IMG/VR virus record: IMGVR_UViG_3300013110_000375
Location: 1 to 55,501 of that record
Reading direction: 5' to 3' (one strand)
Source of the DNA: a virus
Lineage: Duplodnaviria; Caudoviricetes
DNA length: 55,501 nt
Position numbers and translations under genes: made by a program. The notes beneath the pieces were generated by a model. That model was not told the origin of the DNA, searched no databases, and was given only the letters and a program-made list of their open reading frames with translations. Positions 8,407 to 17,480 of this stretch are shown here, one piece after another (positions within the stretch are counted from its first letter, which is position 1; the number at the start of each line of letters is the position of its first letter).

Positions 8407-9318
8407 TTATTCTCGATCTTTTGCAATGCTATTAAATTCTCGATAAGAAAATAACTTTCTAGTTGGCCTTTGTATGTTTTTAGACAAATTCGTGCCCATG
8501 TACTCTCGATATGATTGCCAACAATCCAAATTGGAAAACTCCGGTGTATTATAAACTGTTGACTCTTCCAAATCGAGATCAGTAAAAACCTGAGAGGGAG
8601 AAAAAGATCTAGCACTCCACCTTTCTTCTAAAGGTAATCTTTGTGTTGGAATTGCGTTAACGTCATCAGGATTAGACATATACATTCCTGTTCCCTTTCT
8701 GATGTTTTTTCTATATTTTATAAATTCGTCTTTGCCAAATGTGAAAGAAGCATAATAATCATCCTGAATTGTTTTTTGATCAAAGGACACATAAAAATTC
8801 TTTTGTGTTTTTATTTGTCTTCTAAGTTTTTGTAATGGCCTTGGATCAAACATTCCATAAGGAAAAGAAACATAATACTTGTCTGGTATAATCCACTTAG
8901 ACAGATTGGAGCTAACCTTTAAACATGATACTGCTCCATGAATCACACTCCAAGAAAGACAATCTCTCTTGTCTCTATCTTTTGGATGCACTGGAACCCA
9001 AAAAATTGGTATCCTTCTTCTGTTCTGAGAAGGTCTTGGCCCAAACGTGTTATAAAAATATAAAGGATCTTCTATAAAGTCTCCAACTCTATATCTAATC
9101 AAGGGAGAAATATCGTCATTACATACAATCCATATTGTATCACACCCAGCAAATGCAGCCTCAACAATGGCTGCTTCAATCATAGTATAGTCTGGCCCCA
9201 CTGGTAAAAGACAGTCAGGATACGGCATTTTATAGTCTAAAGGTAATCCGGCAACTGGTATGATTCCCGCGAGGTGGAAATTTGTTTTTGACGGAACAGT
9301 TTTTTCGCTAAATTCCAT
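8407..9318 (-). CDS. Divergent sugar-phosphate nucleotidyltransferase-like (GT-A fold) protein
   Basis: AGIIPVAG...PDCLLPVG...TMIEAAI...AGCDTIWIV resembles the NTP-transferase N-terminus. Confidence 0.6.
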   Translation of the reverse strand: MEFSEKTVPSKTNFHLAGIIPVAGLPLDYKMPYPDCLLPVGPDYTMIEAAIVEAAFAGCDTIWIVCNDDISPLIRYRVGDFIEDPLYFYNTFGPRPSQNRRRIPIFWVPVHPKDRDKRDCLSWSVIHGAVSCLKVSSNLSKWIIPDKYYVSFPYGMFDPRPLQKLRRQIKTQKNFYVSFDQKTIQDDYYASFTFGKDEFIKYRKNIRKGTGMYMSNPDDVNAIPTQRLPLEERWSARSFSPSQVFTDLDLEESTVYNTPEFSNLDCWQSYREYMGTNLSKNIQRPTRKLFSYREFNSIAKDRE

Positions 9319-10079
9319 GTTCTTCCTCGATTTTTGGTTTTCTTTAACATTTCTTCCATATTGTACAATGGTTTGTATTTTTTAACTATCTCGCGATGAG
9401 AATGTTCAATATTGACGGCATAGTGTAGCTGAAGTCCTTTCTTGTTGTAGCCATTTGCTCGACCTCTGATTCCGCTGGCTTTCATCATTTTAAGTGCCTT
9501 AAGTCTTGCATATCCCTCGCTGTACTCGTAATCTAAAATCCTTTTCTTGTTTATAGTAGAAAAAGTAACGACATCTTTTTTAAATCTGTTAAACCCTTTC
9601 CTTTTGGAGGGATAAAAATATAATTTTTTAATAAAATTGGATTTACTATCTCTCAAGAGAGAATGTGAGTGGGACATCCCAGAGCGGACATCAAACCAAT
9701 CATAAACATCTACGGACGATTCCAATATTTTATCAAAATCTATTTTTTCCTTATATGAGACTTTAATTCTATCGTTGTTTTTAGTTGTTATAAAAAATGA
9801 TTTTGCTTGGTTTCTAATGTTTTTAACTATGTTTGGAAATAGCACGATTCCGTTCATTGAAAGTAAAAAACTCAAACGATCCCAAAGTTCAGCTTTGTAT
9901 ATATCTCTAAAATTTTCATAACCTAAAAAACTTAAGTCACAGCCATCATTAATCTTTTCTAGCTCAAAAGGGACGATGGGGTCTTTAATAATAATTGGCG
10001 TATCACTTAAAAAAGAAAATAGAAGAGACTCCAATGAGCCTCCGATAATTATTTTTTTAAAATAATATTCTTGTTTCAT
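9237..10079 (-). CDS. Hypothetical protein, 280 aa (degenerate Rossmann-like N-terminus)
   Basis: KIIIGGSLESL; overlaps neighbours in the operon. Confidence 0.65.
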   Translation of the reverse strand: MKQEYYFKKIIIGGSLESLLFSFLSDTPIIIKDPIVPFELEKINDGCDLSFLGYENFRDIYKAELWDRLSFLLSMNGIVLFPNIVKNIRNQAKSFFITTKNNDRIKVSYKEKIDFDKILESSVDVYDWFDVRSGMSHSHSLLRDSKSNFIKKLYFYPSKRKGFNRFKKDVVTFSTINKKRILDYEYSEGYARLKALKMMKASGIRGRANGYNKKGLQLHYAVNIEHSHREIVKKYKPLYNMEEMLKKTKNRGRTWNLAKKLFRQKQISTSRESYQLPDYL

Positions 10080-10324
10080 AAGTCCTCTTGTTCAAAGTAA
10101 AATATCATGAATTCTTGCGGCACACCAGTAATTAGTTCTCCTCCAAGCATTATATCATAGGCCCAAAAGCAAAATGATTCTTCATCAGGGCTTGCAGTTA
10201 AAGGATAAAGCATATTAGAAGGCGCAGAAATCACCAAACCAACCCTTTCTTTATTATTATCAATAACTAAGCGACCAAATTCGTTTAGTTTTATTAAATC
10301 CCCAATTTTATACTTAGGTGACAC
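10076..10324 (-). CDS. Small SH3/KOW-like protein (paralog family); likely GTG start at 10324
   Basis: PKYKIGDLI...VGLVI...YDIML; GAGGA SD upstream of the GTG. Confidence 0.6.
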   Translation of the reverse strand: MSPKYKIGDLIKLNEFGRLVIDNNKERVGLVISAPSNMLYPLTASPDEESFCFWAYDIMLGGELITGVPQEFMIFYFEQEDL

Positions 10325-11033
10325 CCCGCAAATCCTCATAGGATTGAACAGTGACGGGCCAAAGATCTTTAGATATTTCAAGACAAGCCTGAGCAACCTT
10401 TTGGATTTCCCATTGAGCCCCTTCATGTGTTCGCAAATCAATAAACTTAAGCAAGTTATTAAGATTCACCGTTCCATAATATTCTGTATATAAATTTTGA
10501 GGAAGTATCATCCTAGCTTGCTCTCTACAGACACCCTCTCTTAAGAGTAGATTAAATGCTTTTAATGATTCGTTCGTCGTTCTTTTTAAAAATCTAGAGG
10601 CTGTAACGCCATAACCAGTATCATGCAAATCAGGTATAATGACCGGATCTATTAAGTCATTTTCGTTTGAGGCTTGTCTGTTTGATTTGTGCTGGGTTCT
10701 GAACTCGTTCGGAAGATAAAATTGTAAATCCTTCTGCGTGTATCTCCTAGATATTTCATTATATGACCAAGTTCTATGCCTGTGGTGTTGCGAACGAACA
10801 AATAAAGGCACAGTAAATTTAAGGGTAAGAACACAATGCTCCAATGTAGAAGTGTGCCTGTGCTTAATAAGGTATTTGATAAGTTTAGTGTCTCGTTCAT
10901 CCAGCCAGTGCTTTTGCACACCAAAAGAAACCCTAGCAGAATTGACAACGGTAAGGTCACTACCCATATGAGAAACGTAATCCACACTGCCAACATCGTC
11001 TTCATATATTTTAATTGATCTTTCATAGGTCAT
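10314..11033 (-). CDS. thyX: Flavin-dependent thymidylate synthase ThyX
   Basis: HTSTLEH, RHRTWSYNEISRRY (RHRx7SxR), EQARMILP, LR...AQWEI. Confidence 0.95.
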   Translation of the reverse strand: MTYERSIKIYEDDVGSVDYVSHMGSDLTVVNSARVSFGVQKHWLDERDTKLIKYLIKHRHTSTLEHCVLTLKFTVPLFVRSQHHRHRTWSYNEISRRYTQKDLQFYLPNEFRTQHKSNRQASNENDLIDPVIIPDLHDTGYGVTASRFLKRTTNESLKAFNLLLREGVCREQARMILPQNLYTEYYGTVNLNNLLKFIDLRTHEGAQWEIQKVAQACLEISKDLWPVTVQSYEDLRGVT

Positions 11034-11042
11034 TCTTTACTC

Positions 11043-11720
11043 TCACTGGTTTGTTGGGTTTGGGGGTAGTCCTTGCGGAACAACATGTTCTTCGCCGCCG
11101 ATTTCTTCTGATTCATCAAAAAACGGAATATAAAACTTTTTTCCACCAGCTTGTGAAAACATATCCGATCTCTGTTGAATATCAGCATTCTTAAATACAC
11201 TCGTTCTATAATCAGTAATCTGATAACCAGCCATTGCATATGAATCATCATACTTCAATTCGACAAAGTAATAATGAACTATAACATCATCACCCATTCT
11301 TTCTTTTTTGCCAAAAATGAATGAATGTTGCGGCCAGCCTTCATTACTAGCCCAGTCTGACATTTCACGAATATTGACATCAGGTATAACAACAGAGTTC
11401 TCATCGTTATTAAAAAACCTTCCCTGAATTAATTCGACTGTCTTGTCAGATTGTTTAAGCAAATCCATGAGTTGTTTCATTCTTCTCTCATTATCAAATG
11501 GAGAAGATTGTTGACCCATTGGATTTTCTGCGCTCATGACTCCAAATCCAGCCATTGATTCTTCGGACGGTCCTATAATATCAATAACCCTTTTGAACTT
11601 ACCCTTAAAACGAGGTCGAGGAGCTTCCATAAGAGGGTGCTCAAGAACCATAGTATATTTAGGCTGTGAAGCCTTTGCTTCATTAATCATTTTTCTAATT
11701 GTGTTTGCGTCTAATTTCAT
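11043..11720 (-). CDS. Hypothetical protein (DUF3293-like SAENP motif); candidate virion internal protein
   Basis: MSAENPMG...N..RMKQL...ENSVVI...QHSFIF; N-terminal IRKMINE. Confidence 0.6.
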   Translation of the reverse strand: MKLDANTIRKMINEAKASQPKYTMVLEHPLMEAPRPRFKGKFKRVIDIIGPSEESMAGFGVMSAENPMGQQSSPFDNERRMKQLMDLLKQSDKTVELIQGRFFNNDENSVVIPDVNIREMSDWASNEGWPQHSFIFGKKERMGDDVIVHYYFVELKYDDSYAMAGYQITDYRTSVFKNADIQQRSDMFSQAGGKKFYIPFFDESEEIGGEEHVVPQGLPPNPTNQ

Positions 11721-12001
11721 TTTTTAATTCTCCCAAGAACGTAATTTTCTAATATTAAATAGAATTCATTTTGTTCTACCTCTATTTTTTGTATCATTCT
11801 TTCTTCTACAATTATAGTATCTCCATTATGTAGAGACCCAAGAAGCTTGCTGTCTCCAGCAACATCTAAAACTTTGCACAATTTATAAGGAGGTAGATCC
11901 TTTTTATAATCTTGTGGTAAAACAATAATAGATTGACTTTCTTTTTCAGGTACTTTTAATGGGTTGACTAATATGTGTCTGTTAGTTGGTTCTAACTTCA
12001 T
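11717..12001 (-). CDS. groES: GroES/Cpn10-like co-chaperonin
   Basis: MKLEPTNRHILV, mobile-loop IIVLP, GDTIIV, YLILENYVLG. Confidence 0.75.
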   Translation of the reverse strand: MKLEPTNRHILVNPLKVPEKESQSIIVLPQDYKKDLPPYKLCKVLDVAGDSKLLGSLHNGDTIIVEERMIQKIEVEQNEFYLILENYVLGRIKK

Positions 12002-13990
12002 TTATCCTCCAAAATTTATTTCACATGAATCGTTTGTACAGTATTTAGACCCGACACCACCTTGTTCGGTTTCCATTCTCTGTAATGGCTCAATGTTCAT
12101 GACCATTTGTTCATATTGTTCTTTTGTGATTGGCTCGTATGGAGCCTGCTCGTATCCCGTTTCTTGATATTTCAAAAATGAAACAGCTTTCAGACGAGAT
12201 TCATAAAGTTCTAAGGCATCTTTAATTTGTGATGCTTCTTGTCTATTAAAGGTCACAGTCACTGAAACTGAGTTGTCTGCCCAGTAATGTTGATACTGTG
12301 CGGCGATTTCCAACTGTTCCCACATGGAAACATCTTTTTTACCTTTAACATAAAAAGGTTCTTTAACCGGAAATTCTACGCAATAAGTATTAGGTGAGTA
12401 TTTGTCGTCCTCGATCTTGTAACCTGCGGCCTCAAGAGAGGGAATCAAATCTGAATCTTTTGAAAATCTTATTCTTCTTATATAATATTCACTCTCTGGA
12501 AAATGTATTCCGGGAGTTGAGCCATTTAATAATGACACTGTTCCAGAAGGTTTAATCGAAGTCATGCGAACTGATCGGGGAATACAAAGCCAATCTGAAT
12601 ATTCTTTGTCCATCTCGCATACATGCTCATAGGCATCATCACACCACTGGAACATGGTTCTTCGTGTGTGTTTATTAAATGCTTGGACTACGCCCGATTG
12701 CGAAAGACCAATTCTTCTATTTTTAAGCATAATGGCATTTGTCTCAGGCCAATGCGTGTTGACAAGAGTAACAGTCTTTCCATACATATATGCTATTTCA
12801 AGTGTCTTTAGATAGTCATCGTATGTCTCATGTTTTGCCGGGAAAGTCTCTACAAGGCAGCAAAGCTCTCCATCTTCAAGTTGTTGCTCCACGCACGGAT
12901 TAAAACCCATGACCTTCATATCATCGAATTTTTTACCATCTTTCATTCTTCCATAGTTCCGAGCGTTTTGAAGCCAGATGTAGCCCGGTTCGCCGTTCTT
13001 CTGAGATTGTTTTGCGAACCATGTATAATCCATTCCCTTTTTTGCTTCAAAGGAGTTATTAGAGCCCCAACGATGATGATAAAGTTTTTCTTGATCGTCC
13101 TTCATTGTAAGATATTCTTTGTCTGTTGCTTGACCAAGTGCAAGAGCAGCAGACCTTCGGACATTTCCGGCGACAACACATCGGCCAATCAAGTTTTCAG
13201 TGTCAACAATATCAACTGATCGGATTAACTTGCCGATTCGCTCGTCATACAAATTTTTAAGTGATTCGTGTAACTCAATCAAAGGACCAGCACCGCTTGA
13301 AGTTCCACCGAAGCCCTTTATTAAGGCCCCAGCAGGTCGTATATTAGAATAATCAAATTGCGGAACTTTTTTTCCTTGGAGATAGCCATCAAGAAGCATT
13401 TGAACAGAGTTAACCCAACCTTCGCGTGAATCGTCAATTGCAAAAACATCTTTTGTCCATTCAGGTTCTTCAATTGTTAATGTTTCCGACCCAAGAGTGT
13501 CAAAACCAACACCGATTCCGACCATTAAAGCATCCATCATCCAAGCAAACAAATATCCGCCCTTTGTTGTCAGATCCTTTGTTGATCGAAAGGCACAATT
13601 AAAAAGACCGGCCCCTGTTCGTTCATAAATAAACTTTGTTCCCATCATCCATAAGCCTCGACCCGGAGGTGTCCACTTGAGATTAAACAATCTATCGTAT
13701 GCCTCTTTGGCCGTTCGTTGAGCCTTTGCATCAACCCATTCAAGACCCAAAGCATGAGTGTGTTTTTTTTGAATATCAAACATCCCTTCGATTACTCTTC
13801 GACATGTTTGATACCACTCTTCCGTTCCCGTGGCATGGGGGTTAAACTCGCTCAGGCGGCGAGCATATGTTCTTTTAAAAGTCACATACCCAATCGGACC
13901 CCATGGGACATCTTGGTCCTTGTAGTTATTTATAAACTGGTCCGACAAGCGAAACTTTCTAACATTTTTTATATCTCCGATTTTCAACAT
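12002..13990 (-). CDS. nrdJ: Class II (B12-dependent) ribonucleoside-triphosphate reductase, monomeric type
   Basis: RTYAR, PPGRGLW, FNCAF, GNVRRSA, FNPCVEQ, CCLVE, TSIKPSGT and C-terminal CTNDSC. Confidence 0.95.
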   Translation of the reverse strand: MLKIGDIKNVRKFRLSDQFINNYKDQDVPWGPIGYVTFKRTYARRLSEFNPHATGTEEWYQTCRRVIEGMFDIQKKHTHALGLEWVDAKAQRTAKEAYDRLFNLKWTPPGRGLWMMGTKFIYERTGAGLFNCAFRSTKDLTTKGGYLFAWMMDALMVGIGVGFDTLGSETLTIEEPEWTKDVFAIDDSREGWVNSVQMLLDGYLQGKKVPQFDYSNIRPAGALIKGFGGTSSGAGPLIELHESLKNLYDERIGKLIRSVDIVDTENLIGRCVVAGNVRRSAALALGQATDKEYLTMKDDQEKLYHHRWGSNNSFEAKKGMDYTWFAKQSQKNGEPGYIWLQNARNYGRMKDGKKFDDMKVMGFNPCVEQQLEDGELCCLVETFPAKHETYDDYLKTLEIAYMYGKTVTLVNTHWPETNAIMLKNRRIGLSQSGVVQAFNKHTRRTMFQWCDDAYEHVCEMDKEYSDWLCIPRSVRMTSIKPSGTVSLLNGSTPGIHFPESEYYIRRIRFSKDSDLIPSLEAAGYKIEDDKYSPNTYCVEFPVKEPFYVKGKKDVSMWEQLEIAAQYQHYWADNSVSVTVTFNRQEASQIKDALELYESRLKAVSFLKYQETGYEQAPYEPITKEQYEQMVMNIEPLQRMETEQGGVGSKYCTNDSCEINFGG

Positions 13991-14000
13991 TAACACTCCT

Positions 14001-15371
14001 TCATTTATTCATTGTTTTATATTTACTCTTTAAAAAATCAACAGTAGATTTAGTAGATTGTTGCACGGCATCCTCAAGAGTTTCGTCTTGGGGCTCCAGA
14101 ATCTTCATTGATACATTCGACCAGTCAGCAAATATAGGATAGACAAGGCCGTCAGGCCCATTGCGATTTTTAGCAATAAAAATCCGGCCTTTGTTGGCTT
14201 GCTTATCTTCAATGGTTCTCGATAGAGAAAATATGAAATCAGACACGAAACATTTATTAAATGCTTCGGAGATCGCCTCCATTGTAATGACTTCCGCATT
14301 TAGACCTGACCTGTTTGTTTGCGAAGCTGTCCACACCGGGCAGTCATAGATTTGAGCGGTGCCTCTAAGCTCTTCATAGATATTTTCCAGATCATGTCTT
14401 TTCTCACGGGTTATTTTGACTGGTCTCAACAGGTCAGCGTAATCTACAATAATCATATCCGGTTCAATTCCGCGCTTTTTTAAGCGTTCTATATGATTTT
14501 TAATTGTTTCTGTTGTTGCAGACTTTGTTGGATACTCTTTAATAATTAGAGCACCTTCAACATCTTTTACCCTTTCCAAAACTTTTTGTTTATTAACTTG
14601 CAAATCGCTCAATGGAATGCCAGATATCGCAGAATCATAACGTGACCCCACAACGGTATCGGCTAACTCAAGCGTATAATGAACGACAGTTCGGCCCTCT
14701 TTGACCGCTGATGCTCCTAATGACACAAGTGCCATCGATTTCCCGGCTCCTGTCGGCGCAATGACCACACCCAGTTCGCGTTTTCCGAGACCACCTTTGC
14801 ACAAATCATCAATACGAGAGTGCCCGGTGCTAACCGGATCTCGACTTTTAAGTTGAAAGCGTTTTTCAAAATCTTTTAAATAATCATGTCCGAAATCATT
14901 ATCCGTTCCAAGTTTCAATGCGTTCTCAATCACTTTTTGTATCTCATCAAACGACGATGTTTTAATTAGCTTTACAGACTCCATCATTGCTCTTTTCAAA
15001 ACCTGCTTGCGGCAGAAATCAAGCGCATTGTCCTTAATATACTGAGATCCGTCAACTTCGGACTCCGAAAGGACTTTGGCATAAAACTGCCTTATCTGTT
15101 TCTGAAGAGCATCGGAGTATTCACCAAGGCCCGATGAAATATGAGTCGCCATTATCTTATAAGACGGATGCATCTTATAGTCACGACGATAGTCCATAAT
15201 GGTCTTGATGAATACTCTTAAATACTCATATTGAAGAAACTCAAGATCAAGAACCTCTGATATTTGATCGCAAAATGGTCGATCCTGTAGCATTAGATGA
15301 CATAAGTCTTCTTGAAATGATTTGCCGAATCTTTGAAAAGTTTCGTTGGTGTTATCCATATTTTCCTCCAT
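14001..15371 (-). CDS. Replicative DnaB-like helicase (T4 gp41-like)
   Basis: Walker A APTGAGKS, YTLE, IIVDYADL, WTASQTNR, AKNRNG. Confidence 0.93.
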   Translation of the reverse strand: MEENMDNTNETFQRFGKSFQEDLCHLMLQDRPFCDQISEVLDLEFLQYEYLRVFIKTIMDYRRDYKMHPSYKIMATHISSGLGEYSDALQKQIRQFYAKVLSESEVDGSQYIKDNALDFCRKQVLKRAMMESVKLIKTSSFDEIQKVIENALKLGTDNDFGHDYLKDFEKRFQLKSRDPVSTGHSRIDDLCKGGLGKRELGVVIAPTGAGKSMALVSLGASAVKEGRTVVHYTLELADTVVGSRYDSAISGIPLSDLQVNKQKVLERVKDVEGALIIKEYPTKSATTETIKNHIERLKKRGIEPDMIIVDYADLLRPVKITREKRHDLENIYEELRGTAQIYDCPVWTASQTNRSGLNAEVITMEAISEAFNKCFVSDFIFSLSRTIEDKQANKGRIFIAKNRNGPDGLVYPIFADWSNVSMKILEPQDETLEDAVQQSTKSTVDFLKSKYKTMNK

Positions 15372-15381
15372 GCATTTTTTA

Positions 15382-15412
15382 ATTATATAACATTAAAATG
15401 TAAGTCTGTCAA
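15382..15412 (-). promoter_or_regulatory. Probable sigma70-type promoter
   Basis: TTGACA followed by TGTTATATAAT; spacing imperfect (16-19 nt depending on register). Confidence 0.5.
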
Positions 15413-15422
15413 GTGGGTATTT

Positions 15423-16382
15423 TTATCTTATGATATTTTTGAGAATATTCCATAAGTCCGTGAAATTTAAAGAACCTTGCCCATCTTCAAAAAGCATTTT
15501 TTTAAAATTTAGACCACTACCTAAACCTTCAAAATTGGCAAGGTTGTAGTTAATTGACTCTTTATTAATCAAAGAAAATGATGGGTCATATAATTGCATC
15601 AAATTGTAGTTTTGTTCCACTACGGTTCTCTGATTCAAAATATTCTTATGAATGACCATCTTCTTCTCTATTTTTTCGCATATTTCAAAGATTTCGTCTG
15701 AATCGACCTGTCGAGATTCCGAGAGGAATGAAAAATTTTTGGCGATGGTTTTTAACCCTACCCTGTCCACTCCTTTGAGGTTATCTGAGGGATCTCCCGC
15801 TATTGCCCTTGCCAATGCAAAGTTGTTGGGATGAATGCCGAACCTGTATGTTATCGATCCTTCTGTCTCCAACTCATCTTGGATTGGTCGATAGACAGCA
15901 ATGTTTTCATCACATAACTGAAAGAAGTCCTTATCACTTGATACTATAATCTTTTGCCAATCTTTATAATGATTGTGTTTTGCAACATAGGCGATTATAT
16001 CGTCGGCCTCAACGCCATCATAAGAAAGCTGCATAACAGGGAGTTCGTTCAAATATTCATGAAGTCGAACTTGCTGATAAATGCGATTCTGTTCTTGTTG
16101 TTTTGGGTTTAGTTCAACCATGCGGCGGTTAAAGCGAAGAGGTTTGCGACCAGCTTTGTAGTCCTTATTTTGAGACTTCTTTCTTTGAGAGCCGCCAATG
16201 CCGTCCCAAGCAATAATTACTTCATGGGGGCGGGTTTTCCTCATTAGTTTTTGAAACGATTTAAGAAACCCAATGGAGCCGCCAACGGGGATGCCATTAT
16301 TATCTAAAGTTGGATTAACAACATAGTTTCTTATAAAAAGATTTAATGCGTCAATTATTAATAATCTGTTTTTCTCGGTCAT
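15423..16382 (-). CDS. 5'-3' exonuclease / flap endonuclease (T4 RNase H, Pol I N-terminal family)
   Basis: LIIDALN, AWDG, YKAGR, EADDII, SSDKDF, GDPSDNLKGV.RVG. Confidence 0.93.
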   Translation of the reverse strand: MTEKNRLLIIDALNLFIRNYVVNPTLDNNGIPVGGSIGFLKSFQKLMRKTRPHEVIIAWDGIGGSQRKKSQNKDYKAGRKPLRFNRRMVELNPKQQEQNRIYQQVRLHEYLNELPVMQLSYDGVEADDIIAYVAKHNHYKDWQKIIVSSDKDFFQLCDENIAVYRPIQDELETEGSITYRFGIHPNNFALARAIAGDPSDNLKGVDRVGLKTIAKNFSFLSESRQVDSDEIFEICEKIEKKMVIHKNILNQRTVVEQNYNLMQLYDPSFSLINKESINYNLANFEGLGSGLNFKKMLFEDGQGSLNFTDLWNILKNIIR

Positions 16383-17383
16383 ATTTTCTCCGGAGAGTTT
16401 GAAAGGAATACATGTTTAACAAACGAGTTAGATCTTCCTATTTGATCTGTTATAAAGCTTGTCATTTTGTCATAGGAGTCAAATGTTTTAAGTTCGTTAT
16501 TGTGCTTCAATTTATATATTCCAAGTTTTCTTATAATATCACATTTGTTAACAACCAAATGAGTGGTCCCTGTTTGTCTCACGGCCTCAATCATCATGTC
16601 CAGATTGAGCCAGTTACAGTGTCTTCGTCTGCCCGTTGTAACGCCGAATTCTTGCCCTATATCGCCCAAGGCGGTCAAATCCGGGTCTTTAAAGAGTTCA
16701 TCGGGGAACAATGGGTCCACACCAGAACGGGTGTCATATATCTTAGATATGCCCCATATATGGCGAATCTTTTGCGGGGGAAAACCAAGGGAACAAGCAC
16801 CATACGGCAATGTTGTCGATGACGTTACATAGGGATAGTTGCCTTGATCAACATCAAGGTAATAGCCTTGGGCCCCTTCACACAATATTCGACCAGATAG
16901 TTTTTCATCCCAAAGTAATTTTGAAGGGAGAATGTCTCTTGCCAATTGGCCTGTTCTTGCCATTTTATCGGCATAACATGGTGCGATTCCCTTTGATGTT
17001 GTTCCAAGTTTTTTTGCTAAACTTTTCTTATCTTTATTAATATGTTTATCGGTTACAATATGTGCCCTTGGTGATACTTTAACAAGAGTTCTATCAAAAC
17101 CGCTTCTCTCAAGGTAATCTAACTCTTCTATTAATGAATCAGGATGGACCACGCACTGTGGACCAATAATAGATTTAATCCCGTGGAAAACCCCACTAGG
17201 AACCAGATGAGTTTTATATTTTTTTCCTCTGAGGAAGACGGTATGTCCTGCATTATTTCCCCCTGCCCAACGACATACATAGTCGTAGTTTCCTTTTTTG
17301 GTCAAATGGGAAGTTACCTTTCCTTTTCCTTCGTCTCCCCATGAAATTCCGAACACAACATCAACGTATTTAATTTCTTTCAT
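16379..17383 (-). CDS. purA: Adenylosuccinate synthetase, short type (likely start MKEIKY at 17383)
   Basis: WGDEGKGK, GGNNAGHT, EGAQG, YPYVTSS, EFGVTTGRRR; GGAGG SD. Confidence 0.93.
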   Translation of the reverse strand: MKEIKYVDVVFGISWGDEGKGKVTSHLTKKGNYDYVCRWAGGNNAGHTVFLRGKKYKTHLVPSGVFHGIKSIIGPQCVVHPDSLIEELDYLERSGFDRTLVKVSPRAHIVTDKHINKDKKSLAKKLGTTSKGIAPCYADKMARTGQLARDILPSKLLWDEKLSGRILCEGAQGYYLDVDQGNYPYVTSSTTLPYGACSLGFPPQKIRHIWGISKIYDTRSGVDPLFPDELFKDPDLTALGDIGQEFGVTTGRRRHCNWLNLDMMIEAVRQTGTTHLVVNKCDIIRKLGIYKLKHNNELKTFDSYDKMTSFITDQIGRSNSFVKHVFLSNSPEKI

Positions 17384-17404
17384 ATGGACCTCCGTTGCTT
17401 CTAT

Positions 17405-17432
17405 ATTATAACATATTCTCACGATTTGTCAA
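17405..17432 (-). promoter_or_regulatory. Sigma70-type promoter
   Basis: TTGACA-16 nt-TATAAT with extended -10. Confidence 0.75.
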
Positions 17433-17434
17433 AT

Positions 17435-17461
17435 AAAAAACCCCGAAAATTCGGGGTTTTT
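17435..17461 (-). terminator. Intrinsic terminator after recA (bidirectional form)
   Basis: AAAAACCCCGAA-TT-TTCGGGGTTTTTT. Confidence 0.85.
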
Positions 17462-17480
17462 GGTTGGACTGGTCTGTTGG

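Noticed and set aside
8400-8615. Short minus-strand ORFs nested in other frames (also 3825..4145, 10652..11026 and 29068..29415)
   Set aside because: They are essentially contained within longer, better-supported genes on the same strand.
16379-17383. PurZ (2-aminoadenine DNA pathway) instead of PurA
   Set aside because: The catalytic Asp in GDEGKG is retained, whereas PurZ has Ser at this position.
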